NCBI GenBank assembly: GCA_043228905.1
Contig: JBHGNT010000015.1
Span: 15,190,001-15,254,000, forward strand
Source of the DNA: Azolla caroliniana
Lineage: Eukaryota > Plantae > Polypodiophyta
DNA: 64,000 bases
Reading direction: 5' to 3'
In this document: one piece after another, positions 36,933-48,500 of the stretch
Layout: every line of letters starts with the position of its first letter
Numbering within the stretch: the first letter of the stretch is position 1
Translations under genes and position numbers: made by a program
Notes under the pieces: model-generated
What the model saw: the letters and a program-made list of their open reading frames with translations, nothing else
The model's database searches: none
Told to the model about the DNA's origin: nothing

Positions 36933-39847
36933 AATAATAAGTAAAATCGTAGCGTAGTAGGAGGTAGAAAGAAAGAGAATAAAACGTAATACCAATTTGA
37001 TTCGACCATAAAGAACGCATAATAGAAAAAGAGAAGAGATCAAAAAAGAAGAATACCGGGTTTAGAGTGTTGTTTTGATCCTGAGAAGAGCATGACGAGC
37101 CTTGTTAGATCCCCCTCGCTCACACGCAAAAAACATCAAAACAACAAAAAAATTGTTAGTAAAAGCTCTGATACCACTGTTAAGAGTCTATTACTAATCA
37201 ATAGACCAAATCAAGTAAAAAGGAAGAAAATAGATTGGATAGAAGAACCCGTTCCACCCGACCACCCCCGAGCTATGATCTAGACATAGCCAACCTACCA
37301 CCGACGTCCCATACCGCCGGATATTAGGATGACTAATACCTTGGAAGAGATAAACACGATCGTCGAGACGAAAGCCTAGCCCGCACCACCGGTGTCTACG
37401 ACAGCAGCCTTCCGACGTGATGATCCCTATGAGGGTAGCTAAGCCTCATATTTATACCTTTTCCTAGGCCCCTTGAATAGATGTGCCTTTCTAAAAGGCT
37501 CTCTATTCATTGGTTGTCTAAATCATGATAGTGCATGCACATATCATTCATTCTATCCAATCATTAGTCCCCTTTTTAATAATAGTGAACATACCCTTCA
37601 CTAATGTAAATATTAGTGACCTACCCTCACCAACGTTATGTGTACATAACACGAAGGGAGCTCAAAGTTGAAGGGTGACTAGAGTCTAAAGGAGCACAAG
37701 GTCGAAGGGTTTAGGGTGTCAAAGGGAAAGAAGTGTCCTTCTCTTTCCTCCCTCTCTCTCTTGCAAGTAGGCTGACGATTAATGCATGAGGTTAGGGTGG
37801 AAACAAGCTATTAACGTAATGAAGATAAAATTGAGGATGGACAAGCAAGATTAAGAACGAGGAGACTCGTTTTTGGTCAAGAACATTTTGATTAAAAAAT
37901 AATAACTCTTTATAGGTTACAATGTACAACGATCTTTGCGAACAATGGATTCCAATGATGGCAAGACAATGGATTACAACGATGGCAGCAAGCGCCAAGC
38001 ACTAATAAGAAAAGAAGATGAAAATAGAATGTATGTTAGGAGGGGAGGACTGAAGCTTCTAATGATGACGGGTCAAGTGGGCCGCCAAGACCCCAACCAC
38101 CTTCGATGGTTATGATGTCACGAATCAAGGTAGAGTTCTTAGGCCACCCGTCCTCCCTTCAAATGACCGGCATATGAGCTTGTTGAACCACTCCATGAAG
38201 CCCCCAAAATGCTAAATGCAAAAGGCAAAGATGAGAACCCAACAATTTCAAACAAAGAAGAAGACCAAAACACCAAAAAAATGAACTTGAGAGCAAAATG
38301 TGCCCACTTCCCCTCCTTTTATGGGAGGGGGGGGGCTCAAAATGTCATTATTTGAGAATGAAAGGGGGATTAAATAATTCTTGATTTGTTGCAAGGATTT
38401 CGAAATCTCCATCCTCCATTATGTGTCATGATTTTACATGTACTAGCGTGCCCCTTTTCGTTTCCTCCTTTTCACATTTCACCCCTTTTTCTCCACACAC
38501 TTCCGCCCTTCCTTTTCCCATTTTCTACCTTTGGCCACATCGCATCACAACACCGCACGCATTTTGTTGGTTATGCATCCATGTAGCATGCAACAACACA
38601 CATAGGGGAGCACATCAAACTCAATCACACGCAACACGCAACAAAGAGAGCACGTTGAACGCAACAACGCGTGCCACTCACGTTGTAGAGAGATGAGTAC
38701 ACAACACACACCACACCGCAAAGAGCACACCAAATGCAGGATCATGCAACACATGATTGAGAGAGGAGCACACCGAAGCAACAACATAAAGCATGTAGCA
38801 CATAGGAGTAATAAAAACACGGAGAGCATGCTCAATATTGAAGAGAGAAAGGTAGGGAAGAAGATTGTTGAGGTGGGGCAGTAAACAACTTCTTAACCTT
38901 CAATTTAATCATATGGTTAGGTTGGGTTTGCCAACAGTCAAGGATACTATGTTTGTGTCACAAAGAAGAGAATTTAATGGTTTTTCGAACCGCAAGATCA
39001 ACACTTCGCATTCCAAGAGGTTATACCTTTATTTGGGATAAGTTGCAAGGGTTGTTATCATCGTACGAGAATTCCTTATTTCAATGGAGGATCTCAAGAG
39101 CTTGATTAGATATTCGTCGAAAAGAGGAGATTGACTATGATCTCAACAAATGATGCTACTCACAAGTTGATTGATGAACATAAGTGGATGGAAGAAAGAG
39201 TTATAAAGATATGGAGTTTTCATAAGCCCATAACCTAGTGGTTTCATGTGATTAAGGAAACAAAATAAACATTCTTAGAGGAATGTGTTTAGTTTGTTTG
39301 GTGGGAATTGGAACATAGTAGGCATCGATTTCTTTCATGCATGATGGCTAGAATGGATTTGGAGGTGTATCAGTTTAGATTGGATGTCTTTTAATCTGGG
39401 GTAAAACTATCTTCATTCAATTGGGTAAAGTACATTTACTATATCATGAGTGATTCTATATTTAGCTCCCATGAGTCAGACATTTGAGCGAAGCGAACCT
39501 CTCTCTCTGAACGCCTTACATCAGGTCACCAACATAGAAGATTGGGGTAGAGCAGCTCTAGTTAGCGTTAACAAACTTGAACGGGATCGAGGATATATGA
39601 AATCCCTGCCACTATGTACTTGAATCAATCATATATCGATTTAGTGCGGGTGTCTTTTAATGTGGAGTAAACCTATCATTCATTCAGCTGGGGTGTTTTT
39701 TTTTGTTTTTCTTTTTAGCACATTTGGTGAGAGCAGTGTGGAGTTGGTGCCTCAATTCCAAAGTTGTTATCTTGAGGTATGTATTTGGGGGTTAGTTTTG
39801 TAAATTAGAGAAAGCAGTACTTCAAGTTCTGATTTCTTCTTGAAACC

Positions 39848-40031
39848 AAAAGAAGAAGAAACGCAGAGGAAATAGAGCAGACGCAGAAGAATCAGAGAGC
39901 CACGAAGCAGAAGAAGCAGAAGAAGCAGAAGAAAGAAGAAAGAAGAAAGAAGAAACCGGATCGGAAGAAACAGAAGGAAGGAAAGGGAAGGAACAACAGG
40001 GGAGCAGGAAGGAAAGGGAAGGAACAGAGCC
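39848..40031 (+). repeat. Purine-rich (GAA/GGAA) low-complexity 5' leader of the proteasome gene
   Basis: agaagaagc and ggaagg runs directly upstream of ATG 40032. Confidence 0.6.
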
Positions 40032-40787
40032 ATGTCTCGACGATACGACAGCCGGACCACCATCTTCTCTCCCGAAGGTCGCCTGTACCAGGTGGAGTAT
40101 GCGATGGAAGCGATCGGGAATGCAGGGGCTGCAATCGGCGTCCTGAGCCGAGGCGGCGGCGTGGTCCTCGCGGGGGAGAAGCGTGTCACATCCAAGCTCC
40201 TGGCTTCTTCCAGATCTACCGAGAAGATGTACAAGATTGATGACCACATCGCATGTGCGGTCGCCGGGATCACTGCCGATGCCAACATCCTTCTCAACAA
40301 GGCTCGCCTCGAAGCTCAAAGGTACACTTTCTCTTATCAAGAACCTATCCCTGTCGAACAGCTAGTTCAGTCCCTGTCTGATACCAAGCAAGGCTACACA
40401 CAATTCGGTGGCCTCCGCCCCTTCGGCGTCTCTTTCCTCTTCGCCGGATATGACAAGAACTTTGGATTCCAACTCTATATGAGTGACCCGAGTGGTAACT
40501 ATGGTGGTTGGAAAGCTGCCGCCATTGGCGCCAACAGCCAAGCAGCTCAGTCCATGCTGAAACAAGACTATAAGGACGATATCACTCGAGAAGAAGCTCT
40601 TCAGCTTGCTTTGAAAGTCCTCAGCAAGACCATGGATAGCACCAGCCTCTCCTCTGAAAAGCTTGAGGTCGCAGAGATAAGCCTTGGTTCTTCAGGTGAG
40701 GTCAAGTATCAGGTGTTTTCTCCTGATGAGCTCGACAAGCTGTTGGTTAAGTTTGGCATCACCCAACCAAAGCCCGATGAAGCTTGA
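40032..40787 (+). CDS. PAC1: 20S proteasome subunit alpha type-4 (alpha-3), intronless CDS, 251 aa
   Basis: [28 protein letters not shown] alpha signature; [15 protein letters not shown]; [11 protein letters not shown]. Confidence 0.96.
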   Translation: MSRRYDSRTTIFSPEGRLYQVEYAMEAIGNAGAAIGVLSRGGGVVLAGEKRVTSKLLASSRSTEKMYKIDDHIACAVAGITADANILLNKARLEAQRYTFSYQEPIPVEQLVQSLSDTKQGYTQFGGLRPFGVSFLFAGYDKNFGFQLYMSDPSGNYGGWKAAAIGANSQAAQSMLKQDYKDDITREEALQLALKVLSKTMDSTSLSSEKLEVAEISLGSSGEVKYQVFSPDELDKLLVKFGITQPKPDEA

Positions 40788-43601
40788 AAACATGTGTTTT
40801 CACAGATTTCTTGTGACTTCACTCAAAGTTTTTGTTCATGGACGGAACAAGTTTTATTCAGTAAATGACTTAATTATTGTTACAGAAATATGCACTCAAG
40901 AATATATTGATGTGGTTCTATGTGATTTAGTTTCAGATCTCTAGTCTTTCATTATAATTTGCTTTGGGTAATAGATATTAAAACTTTGCACCAGTTTCAC
41001 AACATCCGATTTAATTGTCAGGCTCATGCATTTATTTGCTAAAACGATAGCATTTTGAGAAATTCTTTAGGGATTTCTCAAATTAATCATAATCTTTCTC
41101 GGTTGAGTGCTTTGTGTGCCTAAAGGAATGTATAGGCTTGTCTGGATGTATGAAGCGAAGTTTTTTTGTGACAGAACGATCATGCATTGCTCTGTGGATC
41201 TAGCTTCGTTAATAATCTTATAGAAACTATCTGCAGTTGTCTGTTATGATCTCTTTGTGCCCTGCCTTACGAATTGTTTATTTCATTCATATGTATCTGG
41301 ATAATAGTTGATTTAGGATGCACAATTATTTTTTGTGAGGTATTTGGAGCCCTCTAGATGCTATAATATTGTAAGAATCGCTCTAGATTTGGAGGTGAAT
41401 ATTTATGCAATTGGAGGATGCATGAGTCAATCAGTATCCGAGACATGCCAGAGACATACGGACTATGGATCAATCTATCATTGCTCATGAAAGGATGTTT
41501 ATTTCGTGTCAGGTTGGATAAGCTAGTAAACCTATTTTGTGAAAAATGGTAATATTATATAGAATCATGAGAATATTTAGATTTTTTGAAGGGTTGATTA
41601 ATATAAAATATTATAAGCTTCACAAAAATGGGAAATTTGGTAATTTGTTGCAACTCCACCAATGGATAGACACTTTTCCAAATTTCGCAATGGTTTTTCT
41701 TCCCTTCTTCAATATCTGTGCATGTGCTTTTGAATGTGCTGTTCTTGCCAGACTTCTCACGACCTGTTCACATGTAGCAGCACTGAATATTGTTGGATCA
41801 TAAAGCTCTGTGAAGTTGTTGCAACAGGAAATTCACAGTGGAGTTTTTTTCTTGTCCTAAGACCATCCTCTTGCATAAAGAGTTATAACTTGTGTGATAA
41901 TTAAGTCGTGTACTTTGCAATATATAGATAGATAGATAGAGATGGACTTCATTAAAAAATGGAGAAGGTTGACCTGCAAAATCAACCCTTATATTAGCAT
42001 TTGGGATGTAATGATAACTGTACATCATTGATGTCTTCCATGGCTTCTTATCTCCATGGACAATGTGCCAAGGAATCACCATAGAGGGAGCAGGAAATGT
42101 AGACAAAAAGGAAACCACAAGTACCAAGATATAAGGCCATGGGTCATACCATCACCAAATCAGGGAGATCAATGCTCACCATGTCTGATCAATATGAGGA
42201 CACCCAAATGCACCTGTTAAACTTCATCATAGCCTTGTTTAACCACACCAACCAACCTTAGATATGAAGTCTAGTCACCACACTCTCATGCATATTAGCT
42301 TCCATTTCAAGCTTGCAAGCCATTTCCAAAATCATTCCACCACATGCATTAAGATCATAATCATGGACCTTTATGAAGTAGATGAACACACAAGTTGCAT
42401 CGTGATTCATCAAAAAGGAATCGTTTTGAATAACTTGGTAGAAAAGCCAATTTATTGGTATATGAGTAAAATGATTAAAAAATGAGGTGCATCATGTATG
42501 GAAAGGCAATCTTTATATTATTGTTGTGTTTGTCAAAAGACATATACGGACGTATAGGACCATATATATATATGCCTCTTTTGTAAGTGTACTATAAAGA
42601 TAGATATAGTCATCTCATAATGATCATGTTTTGTGGGTTTTTACCTCAGATTGAGGGTTCCCAACAAATGCATTAATAAAAACAGAATGGTGTTTCTCTT
42701 CATTTGTACTTTAAGTTTTAGCCCAATTCATCAATTAAGTCTCTCATCTCATTCCTTTCACCACATTAAAGCCAAAGAAGAGCAGCATGCAATAGATAAA
42801 ACATTTGGAATTAAATGGTTCGCAAAAACTTTAGCAAAGAGAATTACTCTTTCATGCCCTTTTGAAAACATATTCTTTAGTGGTATTTTGCTTCTCTAAA
42901 ATCTAGGATGGAAAGAACAAAAAGATTATAATTGATTCTTTAGGAATGTTTTTAAAATGGCGTATGCAATATATAATTCCCTAGTTTGATTCTATATATT
43001 GGTCCTGCCTCTACTTGTGCATCTTTTCTCTTGAGATCTTTCAAATCTGGCAGTTTTTGTGAGCTTTTTAACTAGTTTGCATTGTATTTTCTCAGTACAT
43101 CCAATGCTGTTTACTATTGCTATTGATGGCATAGCTTTATATAAGTTAGTACGATCTTGCTTGCCTATGCAAAAGGAGATCATCTATTTTGATTATCTGA
43201 ACCATGTATTCCTATTATGTTCTGTTGCCAATTTTCAGCACTATACAAATTCATCACAAGGTGGTTCGTTATTGCTACTTCCCAATTTGGGATTTCATCT
43301 GCACTAGTTCAAACACCATCCACTGTGCTTTATCTTGACAAGGTAAAAAAGATCCATCTTAAATAGCTGTATTTATGGGTCTTCGTTCCGTCGAATTTCA
43401 TACAACAAAAAGATTAATCCTCTGAGAAATCATATTATTAATGTCAAGGACTTGGTTATAATAATGTTAGAAAACCAAATATGGCATTATCTTGACACTC
43501 CATAGCATCCAAGTTATTATACACATGATAATAATATCTTCTAATAAGCCTTGTGGTGCACATGTCAAAGAATATACATCCCTTCATGACAATAATCATA
43601 A

Positions 43602-43722
43602 ATATCTTCAGGAAGGGAGCTTGCTTTCAGCAAGTTATTGACCTCTACAAGAGAAATATCTGATATCTTCAGGAAGGGAGCTTGCTTTCAGCAAGTTATT
43701 GACCTCTACAAGAGAAATATCT
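43602..43722. repeat. Perfect 61-bp tandem duplication
   Basis: atatcttcaggaagggagcttgctttcagcaagttattgacctctacaagagaaatatct at 43602 and 43663. Confidence 0.95.
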
Positions 43723-43859
43723 TAAGGATATTTTGTTAACCCAAAACTCCTACATAAAAACCTGTTGTGGTTTTTTATACCAAAAGTAGGTTTCTTTTGT
43801 GGGCATGGAAATTCATACTTTCAGATCACTAGAAAAATGACTCTTTACCAAACGTCATT

Positions 43860-44147
43860 TCACATGAGAGGATTGTATAACATATCTTCCAATGCCCTTT
43901 CTGCTTCTAATAGAAATTGCTCTTGGGCCTTGATATAGAATGTATCCTACAAAATAAATGGTAAGAATATGAGTGAGACTTCCACTTATGGTAATGAAAA
44001 TGCATCAGCTAAGAGACTGGTACCTGTTCTCTCTCAACATATGACGTATGACCTTGTTGAATAGCTTTTAATCTACTTACTCCAAGTCCAGAAATAGGGT
44101 CCACTCTTGAACTCACTGTACAACATTCACCTCGGAATCTCTCCCAT
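43860..44147 (-). CDS. Candidate last two coding exons (44147-44024, 43946-43860) of a minus-strand gene
   Basis: Canonical AG/GT sites, 77-bp intron, open frame WERFRGECCTVSSRVDPISGLGVSRLKAIQQGHTSYVEREQ|DTFYIKAQEQFLLEAERALEDMLYNPLM*. No recognisable domain. Confidence 0.5.
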
Positions 44148-44518
44148 CTGATGTACACAAACAAGAGATCACGTGCTTACTGATAAGCACAACCATTTCC
44201 CCTTATACATCCATAAGAAAATACAATTATTACGAATAAATGCAGTGGTAGAGCTTAAAGGCTGCCGGATTCCACACAGTTCCATTTATAATTTTCGTTT
44301 GAGATGTACACTACCAATAAAACAATCGCAGTACCAATCCTCAAACCCATCACATAGATTAACACTTTTCTCCTCAAAATGGCTCTACAATTTCACTAAT
44401 TGATGCTCAAACCATTATCAAGCAGAAATATGTGCAAAGAAGTGTTCGTTAGCATATGCAATGTATTAAAACATCCAGGAGCGTATAAGTGCAGTTCTAA
44501 GTCAGCGTCTACTCTCCA

Positions 44519-44592
44519 GGATTTAGCATGGTTATAGGTCAGGTCCTTGCCCTATAAACCATAAGTCAGGAGTTCAATTACTGGCCTGACCC
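44519..44592 (+). other. tRNA-like/SINE-head remnant
   Basis: TAGCATGGTT...GAGTTCAATTAC boxes; ggtcagg/cctgacc stem. Confidence 0.35.
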
Positions 44593-45505
44593 TCCGTAAT
44601 CATAATGGTATCAAGAGAAAAATATATATCTCTTAATCATGTGAATCTAATGTTTTGCTGCTCTCATAAAATCTAGCATATAACACCAACAAACATCTCG
44701 AGAGCTATTTGAGGAAGAAGAAGCCCTTGCCCAATTATTTTGTATAGCTCTACCAAGTTTGGGTGCTGTGTGGGGAAAGGCATTTGTCACTGCTTTATGC
44801 AATGACTTTGAAAATCCTGTAGAGATGCGAAACGATCGCAATCTAGCACACCACTGTGTACTCCACAACTATACACACAAATTGTGTCCTGGATAAATTA
44901 GCATTCATCCAGCCCACTCTTGTTCTTAGCATATGTATACTGTGTGCATCTATTCTTCACCGCAAAGTGTAGATGTGTGATCTGTTACCAAGCCAATAGG
45001 TCTACAGAGATAGTAAATTTTGTTATTTTCGGGTATAAGCGATGGACATCACATCAGGTAATCACATGTGCTTGCACCTCCCTTTGGATTCCAATATGTC
45101 AAAGCATCTAATCAGGGTCATTGTGATAAACCATTATATATCACAAATCCAAGGCTAGAATCTTTTGCCATATTCTATTACTTCACTCATATCTTTGAAA
45201 TTCTCCTATTGTAACTTCTCCATACATAGCCTGGCTTCTGTTCAACACAGTTGCTTGCTCATTCTTAGTTCAGGCAGTGAAATCCCGTAACGGTACTATA
45301 TCCCCCACAGTAGCAAAACTTATGATATGAATCACATAATGATAGAAATGGTGATTCTCCAAGAGGTGCAAACCTCGTGTAGGCAAGTGGAAAGTAGCAA
45401 ATCGCAATATATAGTTCTTGAAGATCCCTTCTTTTGATTCATATCCACATAATGTGCATCTACATCCATTGGCATAATATCCACTCTAAAATGGAGCTCC
45501 TTTTT

Positions 45506-48500
45506 GGTTGAGAATCAAGCTCAACTTGTGCGATCATGTGCTTATAAAAAAAGACGATGTGTGAAAAAGTGTGTGAGCACACTTTATTGTAATCCGTGTA
45601 CTTGGCGAGTGTTAATGTGGTCAAAGAATATTAGATATTCTTATGACAAAATCGTACTCAAGTGGATATCTTGGTTAGATTCCACCAACACATTTAATAT
45701 GGCAGTCCCTTGAGGACTTGTATATAAAACCCCCTTTGCCCATTCTGTTTTGTTGATAATCTTTAGTTAATTAACATAGCTCTCTTCAATGCATAAGCTA
45801 TCATCCCCCTACTGTGTATTTTCTTATTCTTTTCTGGTTATTCTCTCTGATTTCTTCTCTTGCTTATACACACACTCTCTCACAAACACACTACCCTTCT
45901 GAATACTCAACTCTACTAGCGTTAGATTCTTTACATGGTATCAAAGCGTGAGGGTTAGAAATCCTTCATTGAGCTCTACCATTGAAACTGTGGGAGCAAC
46001 TAGAGACGATGTTTCAAAACAGTTATCGTCGCTGTAGTGTTGCACGGCAAGAGGCTCAAGTTAACAGGAGCATACGAATCAAGCTAAATCAGAAAGATGA
46101 ATGCACAAATGGGTCGCGCACTTCCAACAGAGAAGTTGGACAGGCACAACTCCGCATCTTGAGAAGTAAGATGCAACAGTACTTAGTTGGGCAAGGGTAT
46201 TGAAGTTATATCGAGGGAGCTCAAGAAACAACCACCGATATTATAAATCCCGACTACCTCACATAGCAGCAAGGCGCCAGTAGGGTAATGTATTGTTTGG
46301 GAACATGTGTGCAAGATCACATGTTAAGCTATATTCGAGATGAGAAAGCCCCGACAGAAACGTGGAAAAACTTGAATAAGATTTTCGCAGCTTCAACCAC
46401 AACAAGAAAACTTCAACTCCGGCAAGAGTTGAACAATATTCAGCAGGGGGATATGTCCGTGACGGACTATACCCTTCGGATCAAAGACTTATAGGATTCA
46501 CTTGGCTCCATCAATGTCGCAGTTGATGATGAGGAGATGGTGCATATCTGCCTTGGCGGCCTCGCACAAAATATGGCTCATTTTGAACTGCCATAACAAC
46601 AAGGGAGAACCCCCCAAGCTTTTTCGACTTGCAATCCATGCTAATGGTTGAGGAGAACCATACACAGTCGAAAAGCACGGCATCTGATGGGCAGATGCCA
46701 TATACACATGATCTCGGTCGAGATCACGGTCATGGTCATGGAAATCAGGGGAGGAATGGCCGAGGAAGAGGTGGACGAGGTCCACAGCAGTTTATTTCCA
46801 AGCAACAAGAAGGTCGAAACAGCTGAGGGAATTCCGGCAAAAACGGGAGCTTCCACCAGCCTGCATCAACCAAGCAGAACCAGCAAACTGAGTGCTGGTA
46901 TTGTGGAAAGCCTGGTCATTTTGAAGCCGAGTGACGGAAGAAGAAGAATGACTCAGCTGCTCACCCCGGCAGCAAACAAACTATGTTGTGATGGCTGACC
47001 TAGAAAACAAAGGGCCAATGTTTGTTATGCGACACTAGGCGAATAGCATGATAACAAGTGTTTCCCAACCTGATGATGTCTAGTTCGTGGACTTAGGTGC
47101 CTCAAATCACATGACAAGTCATCAAGAATGGTTCATGAATTTGAGGGAACCCGAGAGATCCGGTGTGGTGGACCGGTGATGACTCCACACACATGATTGA
47201 GCACGTTGGAGATGTGGCCCTTAACAATCACGACAACAAGGGCTACATGAAGGATGTATTGCATGTCCCGACAATCACAAAGAATTTGGTCTCGGTGGCC
47301 AAATTGTTGAGCAAGGAATGCAAGTATGATTCAACCAGGAAGGTTGCCTCATCGAGGATAAGGGCCAACTTATCGCTCATGCAAGAAGAGAAGGTCGCAT
47401 GTTTATTCTTGATGCGACTGAGGTGAACACAGCAATGTATCCAAAGGGACTCAAGGCTGAGTCTGATATTGAGTTGTGGCACAAAAGGGTTGGTCATGTA
47501 AACCTCAGTAACTCCGATCAATGCAAACAAAAGGGGTTGTGCACGGATTGCCACGATTTACTTCAAAACATCCTGATAATGTATGTGAGGTGTGCCAGCT
47601 AGGCAAGCAACATCCATTCCTAAGCGAAAGAAATGTGAGTAAAGGCTTGTTGGACGTCATCCACTCAGATGTATGGGGCCCAACTCAAATAGCGACAATC
47701 GGTGGGTGTAGGTACTTCGTTACCTTCATTGACAACTATGCGCGGCATACCTGGATATGCCCGATGAAGTCGAAAAGTGAGGTCTTCTCCCACTTTCTCA
47801 AGTTAAAGAATCACGTGGAAAATGAGACAAATAGCAAAATTCGATGCTTACAATATGATGGTGGCCAAGAATACTTCTCAACCGAGTCCAAGGCCTTTGT
47901 AGAAGCGAAGGGGATTCGCCGGGAATTCTCTTGCCGGAACACACCACAGCAAAACGGTGTTGCTGAGCGGAAGAATCGCACAATTCTTGAGATGGCCCAC
48001 ATCATGCTGCAAGAGAAGAACATGCCCAAGATCTATTGGGCAGAGGCATCAGCAGTTACGGCTGTGTATCTCATCAATAGGTGCATGACCGAGGGTGTCC
48101 ATGACATCACCCCTCACGAGAAGTATTTTGGGACAAAGCCAGACCTTTCGCACTTGAAGGTTTTTGGCAGCATTGCATTTGTGCATGTACCCGATGAGAA
48201 GCAGAGAAAGCTTGACCCAAAATTGGAGAAGATGATCCTCGTCGGTTATTCACTTGAGCATCGCTCGATAGTCACGAGTAAGCCGAGATGTGGTGACATC
48301 ATGGTATGGCCAGACATCAGTGACCCCCATCGTATTCGAAACAAGCAGATCTGGAGCAGATTCTTAGAGTGAAGAAGAAGAGATGCTGACAACCATTATG
48401 GGTGGAGAACCAGCAGAGAATCTGCCCGCACTCCAGCTGACTGGACCTGAGGGGTCGTCCAGCAATCAGAGACTTTCATGGCATGAAGAAACCTCTGATG

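Larger units (their letters stand above)
30422..37651 (-). mobile_element. Intact Ty3/Gypsy chromovirus (7230 bp)
   Basis: 474-bp LTRs at 30422-30895 and 37178-37651, identical by eye; TSD CGAAG; PBS TGGTATCAGAGC 37165-37176; PPT AGGGGAGTA 30896-30904; single intact ORF. Confidence 0.97.

Noticed and set aside
38386-38884. Cys/His-rich short ORFs
   Set aside because: Arise from low-complexity CA-rich sequence; no domain motifs.
38900-39330. Possible transposase or gene remnant
   Set aside because: No recognisable motif in the frames I read; cannot be supported without a search.
39767-40340. 177-aa and 172-aa antisense ORFs
   Set aside because: Shadow of the PAC1 CDS plus the low-complexity GA leader.
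44647-44868. Host exon candidate on the minus strand
   Set aside because: Aligns to the LINE APE-RT linker (LHKAVTNAFPHT..QNNW).
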